Assembly (NCBI GenBank): GCA_944384415.1
Contig: CALWTF010000018.1
Coordinates: 2,605-66,604 of the forward strand
Length of the DNA stretch: 64,000 nucleotides
From: an uncultured Clostridia bacterium
GTDB taxonomy: Bacteria; Bacillota; Clostridia; Christensenellales; UBA1242
Direction of reading: 5' to 3'
Shown here: piece after piece, positions 36,613 to 45,866 of the stretch
How the letters are laid out: each line of letters begins with the position of its first letter
Position numbering within the stretch: the first letter of the stretch is position 1
Notes under the pieces: model-generated
Databases searched by the model: none
Told to the model about the DNA's origin: nothing
What the model saw: the letters and a program-made list of their open reading frames with translations, nothing else
Translations under genes and position numbers: made by a program

Positions 36613-37431
36613 ATGGAAAATATAAAGTCTGTAACCAAATATTATTTAAAAAATTTTTGGGCAATTTTGCTTTTTGGAATTATTCCTTCAGTTTATATAG
36701 GGCTTTTACTTAATCCTTTCAAATCTATTGAACTTTTATGGAATTATTCTTCGTTATCGCTAAATAGTTTTGGTGATTTTTTTAATTATCTTTTCCAATT
36801 TAGTTGGACATCGGTTTTACTTTGGTTTTTAGGTTTAATAATAGTTGCTGTTTGTATCAGTATTCTTTATGCAAAAATAGAAGCTCATTTTAGGGTAGGC
36901 AAGTTTAATTTTAAATTGAATTTTGAAGCTTTAAATCAAAACTTTTTAAATGTATTATTTAGTTTTGTTTTAATTTCAATTGGTTATTTTATTTTAAATA
37001 TTATTAATTTGTGTTTAATGCTTTTAGTTCATTATGTATTTTTTACACATTTAAATGTGCTTGCATTAAGTTGGATATTAATTATATTTTTAACTTTAAT
37101 TAACTTGTTTGCAATGTTTTGGTTATTTGTGTTATTAGCAATAACTTGTGTTGATTCAATTATAATGGGCTCGCCATTAAACGCTGCAATAGGTGATGCT
37201 GTGCATGTTCTAAATAAGAACATAAAAGAAAATACTTTTTTAATATTAATTTTTTTAACTATTAGTTTAATGTTTACTTTGATTGGTTGTGCAATAAATT
37301 TAGTATTATTAACAAACTGCTTGATAATTTTGTTTATAATGCCATTTATTTGTATTTATGCAATGACTCTTGTTTTTAAAAGCAATGATATAAGCAGATA
37401 TGATAACAGGCAATATTATGATATTCGTTAG
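36613..37431 (+). CDS. Polytopic membrane protein, unknown function
   Basis: 272 aa with at least 6 hydrophobic segments; no motif recognised. Confidence 0.5.
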   Translation: MENIKSVTKYYLKNFWAILLFGIIPSVYIGLLLNPFKSIELLWNYSSLSLNSFGDFFNYLFQFSWTSVLLWFLGLIIVAVCISILYAKIEAHFRVGKFNFKLNFEALNQNFLNVLFSFVLISIGYFILNIINLCLMLLVHYVFFTHLNVLALSWILIIFLTLINLFAMFWLFVLLAITCVDSIIMGSPLNAAIGDAVHVLNKNIKENTFLILIFLTISLMFTLIGCAINLVLLTNCLIILFIMPFICIYAMTLVFKSNDISRYDNRQYYDIR

Positions 37432-37439
37432 GGGATTAT

Positions 37440-38390
37440 ATGATTTTAGATAATACTTTTAGGGTTTGTTTAAATCAACCCAAATTATTGTGGAAAGTTT
37501 TTTTATATCAAATTGTTTGGCTAATAATTGTTTTTGGTATTACTTTGGCTAGTTGTTATTCGTTGGTTGAACAATTAGTAGCAAATGGCTTTTTTGAAAG
37601 TGTGGGTAAATTTTTTACCGACAACATATTAAATATTAGGCTTGATGTTATTTTAGCAAATGTTTCAAGTTTGGTAGACCAATTGTGGTCTATAATCCTT
37701 GAAAACTCTGAACAACTTTTACCTTTGATTATTTTGTTTTTTATAATAGTTATAATATTGGGTGCATTTATAATTTCTTTAATGGAAATACCTTTAATTG
37801 AAACTGTTTATTGTTATATGGGTAGTTGCGTTAAGTTAAATTTTTTAGGTTGTTACATTTCTAATTTCAAAAGGTCTATAAAATATGCATTTGCTAGATT
37901 AGTAACAACTTTGCCAATTGATATAATAATTATTATAGCAACCATATTTTCACTTAAATTGTTTATTTTAGGTGGAATTGTGTCAATGATAGCTCCGTTT
38001 ATAATTGTGTTACTATTTGTGTTGCTTGTAAGTTTAAGACAAAGTTTATTTGCGTTGTGGACACCCGCAATAGTTGTAGCTAATTTGGGTGTTTGGCAAG
38101 GCTTAAAAGTTAATTTTAAATTAGTATTTAAAAATTTTAGGTCGATTTTTTCGGCTCACTTAATGGTTATTATTTTAGTTTTTGCTATAAATTTTGGTTT
38201 AGGCATATTAACTTGTGGAGTAGGTTTTATAATTTCAATGCCTGCAACTGTGGTTTATTATGGTATACTTTCTAATATATTATATTTCCACTATAACGGA
38301 TTAAGATATTATATTGATAAAGACCGTATTATATCTCCCAAAAAGATGGAAGAGCGCGAAAGAATAACCGATATAAAATTTATTGTTTAA
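37440..38390 (+). CDS. Polytopic membrane protein, unknown function
   Basis: 316 aa with multiple hydrophobic segments. RBS AGGGGA; 8 nt after the previous gene. Confidence 0.5.
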   Translation: MILDNTFRVCLNQPKLLWKVFLYQIVWLIIVFGITLASCYSLVEQLVANGFFESVGKFFTDNILNIRLDVILANVSSLVDQLWSIILENSEQLLPLIILFFIIVIILGAFIISLMEIPLIETVYCYMGSCVKLNFLGCYISNFKRSIKYAFARLVTTLPIDIIIIIATIFSLKLFILGGIVSMIAPFIIVLLFVLLVSLRQSLFALWTPAIVVANLGVWQGLKVNFKLVFKNFRSIFSAHLMVIILVFAINFGLGILTCGVGFIISMPATVVYYGILSNILYFHYNGLRYYIDKDRIISPKKMEERERITDIKFIV

Positions 38391-38438
38391 ATTAAATTAG
38401 TATATTTATTATTTAGTAAATAAAAGGAGAAGTTAACT

Positions 38439-40286
38439 TTGAATAATGAAAATAAACAAGTTTCTGGCGATAACCAGGAAGTTGTTTCTGTTGCTCCAAA
38501 TATAAAAAAGCGTATTTTTGGCAGAAACAACAATCAAAATCAAATGCAAAATAAAGCATTTAGTGATATTAATCAAAAAAATAAATCATCATTTAACAAT
38601 AATCAAAAACATTTTAATCACGCATTTAACAGAAATTCAAAAAATAAATTAAAAGTAATGTTTTTTGGTGGTGTTGGTGAAGTTGGCAAAAATATGACTG
38701 CTCTTGTTTACGGTGATGATATTTTAGTTATAGATTGTGGTGTAGCATTTCCTGAAGAGGATATGCCAGGTGTTGATTTAGTAATACCTGATATGACCTA
38801 TCTTAAAGAAAATGCATCAAAAATTAAAGGTGTAGTTATTACACATGCTCACGAAGACCATATAGGAAGCTTGCCATATTTTCTAGATACTGTTAAAGCC
38901 CCTGTATATGGAAGTAAGTTGTCATTAGCTTTTATTCAAAATAAATTGCGTGAATTTCCTAAACTTAAATTAAATGGAAAAGTTGTTAATCCACACGATG
39001 CTGTTAAAATAGGTTGTTTTCAAGTTGAGTTTATAAATGTAAACCATTCAGTTGCTGGTGCATATGCTTTGGCAATCACTACACCTGTTGGTTTGGTTTT
39101 TCATACAGGTGATTTTAAAATTGACTTTACACCTATTTCTGGTGAAACAACAGACCTTGCTCGTATGGGTGAATTAGGGAATAAGGGCGTGTTATTGTTG
39201 CTAAGTGAAAGTACTAATGTTGAATTTGATAATTTTTCTATGAGTGAACGAGTTGTTCGTGATACACTGGCAAGTATTTTTGAAACAAATAAAACAAAAC
39301 GATTAATAATAACTGTCTTTGCTTCAAATGTTCATCGTGTGCAACAAATTTTAGAATTGTCAAAAAAATATGGGCGTAAAGTAGCTTTTGCTGGTAGAAG
39401 TATGATTGGAAACCTTGAAGTTGCTATGAAAATAGGTGAAGTTAGATATGATAAAAATATTATTATTGATATGGGAGCAATAAAAAATTATAAAGATGAA
39501 GAATTGGTAATTTTAGGTACAGGAAGTCAAGGACAACCAACTACTGCATTAGCAAGAATGTCCAGAGGCGATTTTCCAGGGATTTACTTGGGGCCTAACG
39601 ATACTGTTGTGTTTTCATCTTCACCAGTTCCTGGAAATGAAAAAGCAGTTTCAAACCTTATTAATGAATTGATGAGTAGTGGTGCAAATGTTATTTACAA
39701 CGAACTTGCAAGTGTTCACGCATCAGGGCACGCGTGCAAGGGTGAATTTATGATAATTCACAAACTTCTAAAACCTCGTTATTTTATGCCTGTTCACGGT
39801 GAATTAAAACATCAAAAAAGCCACGAAAAATTAGCAATAGAAATGGGAATAAAACCAGAAAACATTGTTATTCCAGAAAATGGAATGGTAGTTGAAGTTG
39901 GCAAAAATGGAATAAGGAAGTGCGGTGAAGTTCAAGCTGGTGAAGTTTTAGTTGATGGTTTAGGAATGGGTGATTCAGATAGCATTGTTCTTCGTGATAG
40001 AATTCAAATGAGCGAAGATGGTATTTGTGTTGCTGTTATAGGAATAAATACTAAAACTGGAACAATTACATCAGAACCAGAGCTTTTGCCTAGGGGTCTT
40101 ATGTATCCACACGAAGCAAATGACCTTATAGAAGAAGGCAAACAGTTAATTTCAAACACTTTAAAAAATACTGACCTTAAAGGACAAGATATTTCAAATA
40201 TAAAAGCTATTATAAGAAAAACATTAACAGGCTTTTTCTTGAAAAAAACAAAACGCAGACCAATAATTATTGCGGTTGTTGTATAG
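38439..40286 (+). CDS. rnj: Ribonuclease J with an Asn/Gln-rich N-terminal extension
   Basis: Metallo-beta-lactamase motif ITHAHEDHIGSLPY, beta-CASP layout, and the canonical N-terminus FFGGVGEVGKN at residue ~75. TTG start behind AAGGAGAAG. Confidence 0.9.
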   Translation: MNNENKQVSGDNQEVVSVAPNIKKRIFGRNNNQNQMQNKAFSDINQKNKSSFNNNQKHFNHAFNRNSKNKLKVMFFGGVGEVGKNMTALVYGDDILVIDCGVAFPEEDMPGVDLVIPDMTYLKENASKIKGVVITHAHEDHIGSLPYFLDTVKAPVYGSKLSLAFIQNKLREFPKLKLNGKVVNPHDAVKIGCFQVEFINVNHSVAGAYALAITTPVGLVFHTGDFKIDFTPISGETTDLARMGELGNKGVLLLLSESTNVEFDNFSMSERVVRDTLASIFETNKTKRLIITVFASNVHRVQQILELSKKYGRKVAFAGRSMIGNLEVAMKIGEVRYDKNIIIDMGAIKNYKDEELVILGTGSQGQPTTALARMSRGDFPGIYLGPNDTVVFSSSPVPGNEKAVSNLINELMSSGANVIYNELASVHASGHACKGEFMIIHKLLKPRYFMPVHGELKHQKSHEKLAIEMGIKPENIVIPENGMVVEVGKNGIRKCGEVQAGEVLVDGLGMGDSDSIVLRDRIQMSEDGICVAVIGINTKTGTITSEPELLPRGLMYPHEANDLIEEGKQLISNTLKNTDLKGQDISNIKAIIRKTLTGFFLKKTKRRPIIIAVVV

Positions 40287-40298
40287 AAAGGGGAAATT

Positions 40299-40898
40299 TT
40301 GGATTATTTAGATGAAATGGAAGTTTTTGCAAGAAAAAACAAAATTCCAGTTATTTTAAAAGATACAAGAATTTTTTTAGAAAATTTATGTAAAGAAATA
40401 CAACCTAAAAAAATTTTAGAAGTAGGAATGGCAATTGGCTATTCTGGGGCGGTTATGTTAAAAAGTTGTAATGCTTTTTTAACAAGTTGTGAAGCCAGTG
40501 TACCAAATATAAAACTTGCTAAACAAAATTTTGAAAAATTAGGTTTAAGTGATAGAGTTGAAATAGTTGAAGGTGATTGTTTAAAAACTTTAACTAAATT
40601 TAATGACCAAAAATTTGATTTGATTTTTTTGGACGGTCCAAAAGGATTTTATTTAGAAATATTAAATTTGCTTTTACCATTATTAAAAAAAGATGGAATT
40701 TTAGTTGCCGACAATGTTTTGTTTCGTGGAATGGTTCAAGGTGAAAATCCTATAAAAGAACATAGATTTGAAAATACAGTAAAAGTTTTAAAACAGTTTA
40801 ATGAAACAATTTTAAATGATGAAAGATTAGAAAGCAAAATTTTAAATATTGGTGATGGTTTGGCTATTGTTAAATTTAAAAGGAGAAACGAGTTATGA
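40299..40898 (+). CDS. trmR: Class I SAM-dependent O-methyltransferase family 3, TrmR (YrrM)-like
   Basis: ILEVGMAIGYSG SAM motif, FDLIFLDGPK, and VADNVLFRGMV. Overlaps the downstream U32 gene (ATGA), as in the B. subtilis yrrM-yrrN-yrrO arrangement. Confidence 0.65.
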   Translation: MDYLDEMEVFARKNKIPVILKDTRIFLENLCKEIQPKKILEVGMAIGYSGAVMLKSCNAFLTSCEASVPNIKLAKQNFEKLGLSDRVEIVEGDCLKTLTKFNDQKFDLIFLDGPKGFYLEILNLLLPLLKKDGILVADNVLFRGMVQGENPIKEHRFENTVKVLKQFNETILNDERLESKILNIGDGLAIVKFKRRNEL

Positions 40899-42115
40899 AA
40901 TTTGAGCTTTTAGCACCTGCTGGTGATAAAGAAAAGTTAGAAACAGCTTTTTATTATGGTGCAGATGCGTGTTATTTTGCTGGTAAAAGATGGGGACTGC
41001 GTGCTTTTAGTGATAATTTTCAAAATGATGAATTAGAAAAATATATACAATATGCGCATAAACTTGCAAAAAAAGCATATATAACTGTTAATATTCAGGC
41101 ACATAATGATGATTTTGTGGGGTTAAGTGACTATTTGCAGTTTTTGGAAAAAGCAGGTGCAGATGCTATTATAGTATCAGATGCGGGCATTTTAAGTTTA
41201 GCCAAACAAGTTGTTCCAAATTTACCAATACATCTTTCTACTCAGGCATGTGCTTCAAATAAATATTCGGCAAAATTTTGGGCAGATGCTGGTGCAACTA
41301 GAATAATTTTAGCTAGAGAATTAAGTTTAAATGAAATTGCAGAAATTCGTGATTACATTCCAAAAGAAGTTGAACTTGAAGCATTTGTTCACGGAGCAAT
41401 GTGTATTAGTTATTCAGGAAGGTGCTTGCTTTCAAACTATCTTGCCAATCGTGATAGTAACAGGGGACAATGCGTTCAAGCTTGTCGTTGGCAATATAAA
41501 ATACGAGAAGTTTCAAGAAGTGAAGATAATGAACTTGAAATTCAAGAAGATAACAATGGTACTTATATTTTAAACAGTAAAGATTTATGTATGGTAAATC
41601 ATATTGATGATATGGTAAAAGCAGGAGTAACAAGTTTTAAAATTGAAGGGCGAATGAAATCAAACTATTATGTAGCAACCGTAGTCAATACATATAGAAG
41701 AGTATTAGATTTATTTGAAAAAGACCCGAAAAATTTTAAACCAAATTCTCAGTGGGTTGAAGAACTTGAAAAAAGCAGTCATCGTAAATTTACAACAGGT
41801 TTTTACCTTAACGAAGGTAATACCGAATTTTTAGAAAGTAGTTTGCCAGTTAGTACAGCAGAATTTATGGCTGTTGTTGTTGAAGATAGCGATAAAAATG
41901 GTTTTGCAACAGTTGAACAACGCAATAGGTTTAAAGTTGGTGATACACTTGAAATTTTGTCACCAGGTGAAAATTTTAACAAAACATTTATTGTAGAAGA
42001 AATGTATAATCAAAATAATGAACAAATTGATGATGCTTTAAAGGTTCAAGAACTTATAAAAATAAAAGTACCATACAAATTATCAAAAATGGATATGTTA
42101 AGAAAAATAAAATAG
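40895..42115 (+). CDS. U32-family Fe-S protein, YrrO/TrhP-like (tRNA ho5U34 pathway candidate)
   Basis: FELLAPAGD N-terminus and exact C-x6-C-x15-C-x3-C motif (CISYSGRCLLSNYLANRDSNRGQCVQAC); 406 aa. Confidence 0.75.
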   Translation: MKFELLAPAGDKEKLETAFYYGADACYFAGKRWGLRAFSDNFQNDELEKYIQYAHKLAKKAYITVNIQAHNDDFVGLSDYLQFLEKAGADAIIVSDAGILSLAKQVVPNLPIHLSTQACASNKYSAKFWADAGATRIILARELSLNEIAEIRDYIPKEVELEAFVHGAMCISYSGRCLLSNYLANRDSNRGQCVQACRWQYKIREVSRSEDNELEIQEDNNGTYILNSKDLCMVNHIDDMVKAGVTSFKIEGRMKSNYYVATVVNTYRRVLDLFEKDPKNFKPNSQWVEELEKSSHRKFTTGFYLNEGNTEFLESSLPVSTAEFMAVVVEDSDKNGFATVEQRNRFKVGDTLEILSPGENFNKTFIVEEMYNQNNEQIDDALKVQELIKIKVPYKLSKMDMLRKIK

Positions 42116-42230
42116 GGCGTAAAATTAACTCTTTTTGAAATTAGCATAATAAAAGAAAAGGAACTCTACACATAAAGTAAAGTCCCTTTTTTATATTAGT
42201 TTCAAAAATAGCAGACTAAAAGCCTATTTT

Positions 42231-43508
42231 TTATATAAAAGTTGTTTTATCAAAAACATCACTTATAGATGAAAGTTTGGCTTGTTTTATTTTATTAAGG
42301 CGTAATAACATTTGATATAAACTATTTGCTCGGTCTTCTGCAAACATCAAAGTTTTAGCAAACTCATCTTTCTCTGCTTTTATAACATCACTTTTTCTAG
42401 TAATAATAATACTGTTTGAAGAGTTATGAATAGAGGCAATTAATTTTTTATCATCTTTACAAGCTAAAACTTTTACATATGGTAAATATGGAATAGTATA
42501 AATTTTTTTAACAACATCAGCTCTAAGATTTAACATACAAGCGGTTACAATTCGTTGAATTCGGTTTCTAGTGTATCTTCTAGAACAGGTGAGCTCTAAA
42601 AATTGTTCATACGCAACACTTTCTCTTGCGCACGATATTAATTTATTTTCAATACCTTCAACAACATCATAATTAAGTTTTAATTCACCAGCCGAAGTTG
42701 TTCTTAATTTAAACAATGCAAACTGACCCCACATATCATAATCAGGTAAGTGATTTTGTTTTAAATGTTGACTAAAAATATAGTAACTATTTGGTGGAAT
42801 ATATTTTTTTAATTTACCAACTCGTTTTGTTTTTGTGAGTGAGTTTCTAAGGTAAGAAGCATCAGATAATTTAAAATCTAGTTCAGCATTATCATAAATA
42901 TTAAACGGATTAGCTCTTTTAATTGTTATAGGGGTTATTTTTTTATTTTTAATTTTTAATAAAGATTTTACATACTCAACTGCAAGTATATTGTTTGGTT
43001 TGGTTAAAAGTTCCATAACAACTTGTGGATTTGAAAAACACACTAATTTTTCTTGTATACTTTCAGCAAGTGCTTTTGTTTTTGATGCACCTAGTGAAAA
43101 ACCTTCTTTTAAATTTTCTTTTATTTTATTTTTAAAAAAGTTAGGTTCACTATATAAAAAGTTTGCTAATTCCATTATACTTTTTATGTCACCACATTCA
43201 CTACCAAATGAAATATGGGTAACATCATCAAAACTTGCTGCAATTTTAACAGCTGCTAATGCAAATATTTCGGCATTTGTTGTAGCGAAATATGTTGGTA
43301 TTTGAACAACAGCACTAGCACCACCAGCAATTGCCATTTCTGCACGAACTTGTTTATCAACAATTGTAGGTTCGCCCCGTTGGCTAAAATTACCATTCAT
43401 AATACAAATAACACCATCACATTGTGATTTTTCCAAACTTTTTTTTATGTGATAAGCGTGTCCATTATGAAAAGGATTATATTCACATATAACTGCGCAA
43501 AGTTTCAT
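42231..43508 (-). CDS. tmcAL: tRNA(Met) cytidine acetate ligase TmcAL (YlbM family nucleotidyltransferase)
   Basis: AVICEYNPFHNGHAYHIKK N-terminal HxGH-type motif and ~425 aa size. Start set at ATG 43508 behind GGAGTG. Confidence 0.8.
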   Translation of the reverse strand: MKLCAVICEYNPFHNGHAYHIKKSLEKSQCDGVICIMNGNFSQRGEPTIVDKQVRAEMAIAGGASAVVQIPTYFATTNAEIFALAAVKIAASFDDVTHISFGSECGDIKSIMELANFLYSEPNFFKNKIKENLKEGFSLGASKTKALAESIQEKLVCFSNPQVVMELLTKPNNILAVEYVKSLLKIKNKKITPITIKRANPFNIYDNAELDFKLSDASYLRNSLTKTKRVGKLKKYIPPNSYYIFSQHLKQNHLPDYDMWGQFALFKLRTTSAGELKLNYDVVEGIENKLISCARESVAYEQFLELTCSRRYTRNRIQRIVTACMLNLRADVVKKIYTIPYLPYVKVLACKDDKKLIASIHNSSNSIIITRKSDVIKAEKDEFAKTLMFAEDRANSLYQMLLRLNKIKQAKLSSISDVFDKTTFI

Positions 43509-43674
43509 TATGTTACACTCCAAAAATAATTCTAAAAATTATTATATAATAAAATGGCTAAAATTAGCAAACAAATAATTCAAATTAATATACAAATTTG
43601 AATAACATTTTATTTTATGTGTTTTGTAGTTTTGCTAAATAATTTTATATTTTAATGTTCTTAACAAAAAATTA

Positions 43675-43703
43675 TTGACAAAGCTAGTTAATTTATGTAT
43701 AAT
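43675..43703 (+). promoter_or_regulatory. Consensus sigma-A promoter (TTGACA-17 nt-TATAAT) upstream of rpmF
   Basis: TTGACA at 43675-43680 and TATAAT at 43698-43703. Confidence 0.65.
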
Positions 43704-43750
43704 TGATTTCGTAATTATTTTTACATATTAATTATGGAGGTTGAACGCAA

Positions 43751-43948
43751 ATGGCTGTTCCTAAATCTAGAACCTCTAAAGCAAGAAAACATTCACGATA
43801 TGCTAATTGGAAAATTACTGGTCCATCTATATCTGAATGTCCACATTGCCACGAACCTAAATTAAATCACCGTGTTTGTAAAAATTGCGGTTATTATGAT
43901 GGTCAAGAGCGTCTTGTTGTAGAGAAAGAAAAGAAAGAAGAGAAGTAA
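43751..43948 (+). CDS. rpmF: 50S ribosomal protein L32
   Basis: [13 protein letters not shown] start and zinc ribbon CPHC...CKNCG. RBS GGAGG. Confidence 0.95.
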   Translation: MAVPKSRTSKARKHSRYANWKITGPSISECPHCHEPKLNHRVCKNCGYYDGQERLVVEKEKKEEK

Positions 43949-44100
43949 TGTGGGCTTCTCTTTTTTTATTTACATTTAAGTATAAAAAACTTAAAAACCT
44001 ACTATTTTAGTGTGTTTTAGGGGTTTTTTTATTTATTTTAGTTGTGTTTAAGTTGGGGATATTGTATAATTAAATCAAATTTATTATTAAGGGATATATT

Positions 44101-45132
44101 ATGAAAATTATTATTGATGCTTTCGGTGGTGACAATGCTCCAACAGAAGTTATAAAAGCTACTTTGCTGGCTTTGTTTTCTGATAAAGATTTAGAAATTG
44201 TTTTAGTTGGTAAAGAAGAAGAAATAAAAGCTGAGTTAAAAGGAAAAGGTTATGACGAAAAAAGGTTGCAGATTGTTAATGCAACTGAAATAATTGATTG
44301 TAATGAAGCTCCTGTTGAGGCTATAAGAACAAAAAAAGATAGTTCTTTGGTTGTAGCCATAGAAAAATTAAAACAAGATAACCAAATTGTTGGCTTGATT
44401 TCTGCTGGAAGTACTGGTGCTTTGCTTTCAGGGGCAGTTTTAAAAATAGGTAGAATAAAAGGTGTTAATCGTCCTGCACTTGCCCCTATTTTGCCAACAC
44501 AAACAGGTGGTTCAGTTATGCTAACTGATTGTGGGGCCAATATGGATTGTAAGCCAATAAATTTGGCACAATTTGCACTTATGGGAAGCTTGTATATGGA
44601 AAAAATTATGGGAATACAAAACCCTAAGGTTGCATTGCTTAATGTTGGTGTTGAAGATGCAAAAGGAAATGAACTTGTTAAACAAGCATTACCATTGCTA
44701 AAAAAATTGCCAATAAATTTTGTTGGAAATATGGAAGCTTGTGATTTATTGTCTGGTAAATACGATGTTGTTGTATCTGATGGGTTCTCAGGAAATGTTT
44801 TACTTAAAGGAACAGAGGGTGCAATAAAAATTTTAATGAAATTGGTTAAAGGTAGTATCAAATCAAGTTTTACATCTAAAATAGGTGGATTGTTAATTAA
44901 AAAACCATTAAAAAATACACTGAAAAAATTTGACCAATCTAAATTAGGTGGCTCTCCATTTTTGGGTGTAAAACAATTAGTTGTTAAAGCTCATGGTTCA
45001 AGTAAGGCTGCCGAGTTTTATTCAACCATACAACAACTTAAAAAACTTGCATCATCAAATATAAATCAAACAATTGAGCAAGAACTTGAAAAAATTGATT
45101 TTACTGAATTTGAGGTTGTTAATGGAAATTGA
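44101..45132 (+). CDS. plsX: Phosphate acyltransferase PlsX
   Basis: IIIDAFGGDNAP start, SAGSTGAL, VVSDGFSGNVLLK, and KAHGSS motifs. Confidence 0.95.
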   Translation: MKIIIDAFGGDNAPTEVIKATLLALFSDKDLEIVLVGKEEEIKAELKGKGYDEKRLQIVNATEIIDCNEAPVEAIRTKKDSSLVVAIEKLKQDNQIVGLISAGSTGALLSGAVLKIGRIKGVNRPALAPILPTQTGGSVMLTDCGANMDCKPINLAQFALMGSLYMEKIMGIQNPKVALLNVGVEDAKGNELVKQALPLLKKLPINFVGNMEACDLLSGKYDVVVSDGFSGNVLLKGTEGAIKILMKLVKGSIKSSFTSKIGGLLIKKPLKNTLKKFDQSKLGGSPFLGVKQLVVKAHGSSKAAEFYSTIQQLKKLASSNINQTIEQELEKIDFTEFEVVNGN

Positions 45133-45847
45133 TGATTTTCAATTTGATATTGAAGATATAGAACAAAAGTTAGGGTATAAATTTAATAAAAAAGAACTTT
45201 TGATAACTGCTTTTACTCATAGCACATACGCAAATACTAAAAAACTAAAAAACAATCAAAGATTAGAGTTTTTGGGTGACTCGGTTTTAGGTTTATGTGT
45301 TGCAGAATGGTTGTTTTTGCACAGTTCTGAGCGTGAGGGAAAACTTAGCACAATGCGTAGTCATATGGTTAATGAAAAAAACCTTTATCAAATTATGAAT
45401 AATTTAGATGTTTCTAATTATATGTTTGTAAATAAAGGTAAAAAAGACCAAGAGTTAAAAACATTGCCAAGTGTGAAAGCCGATTTGTTTGAGGCAATTT
45501 TAGGTGCAATATATTTAGATTCAAACTATGAAAATGCTAAAAATTGGGTATGGTGTAAATTGGGTTTAAATAATGAAGATGCAACGGTAAAAATAGCAGA
45601 TTTATCAGTTCAGGATTATAAAACAATTTTACAAGAAATTTTGCAACGAAATCCAAAAAACATTTGTGAGTACAAAGTTATAAATGAACAAGGGAAACCT
45701 CACGAAAGATTGTACACAATTCAAATATTCATAAACAATAAAGGTGGTCCTGTATTTACTTGTTTAAGTAAAAAAGAAGCTGAACAACAAGTTGCAAAGC
45801 AAGCTATTGAATGTATTGAGAAAAATGAACTTGAAGTTTTGAAATAG
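45122..45847 (+). CDS. rnc: Ribonuclease III
   Basis: RNase III signature QRLEFLGDSVLG, plus DLFEAILGAIYLD and a C-terminal dsRBD. Start at ATG 45122 overlaps the plsX end. Confidence 0.9.
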   Translation: MEIDDFQFDIEDIEQKLGYKFNKKELLITAFTHSTYANTKKLKNNQRLEFLGDSVLGLCVAEWLFLHSSEREGKLSTMRSHMVNEKNLYQIMNNLDVSNYMFVNKGKKDQELKTLPSVKADLFEAILGAIYLDSNYENAKNWVWCKLGLNNEDATVKIADLSVQDYKTILQEILQRNPKNICEYKVINEQGKPHERLYTIQIFINNKGGPVFTCLSKKEAEQQVAKQAIECIEKNELEVLK

Positions 45848-45866
45848 ATTTACAAGGGGTAAATTA

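Noticed and set aside
44250-44861. 203-aa ORF antisense to plsX. Similar antisense or out-of-frame track ORFs include 609-842, 1574-1795, 7158-7550, 11079-11333, 11218-11625, 17059-17430, 27032-27391, 45764-46144, 47648-47878 and 57923-58210.
   Set aside because: All lie entirely inside strongly conserved genes on the other strand or in another frame. They have no RBS and show low-complexity, Ser/Leu/Phe-rich shadow-ORF composition typical of AT-rich genomes.
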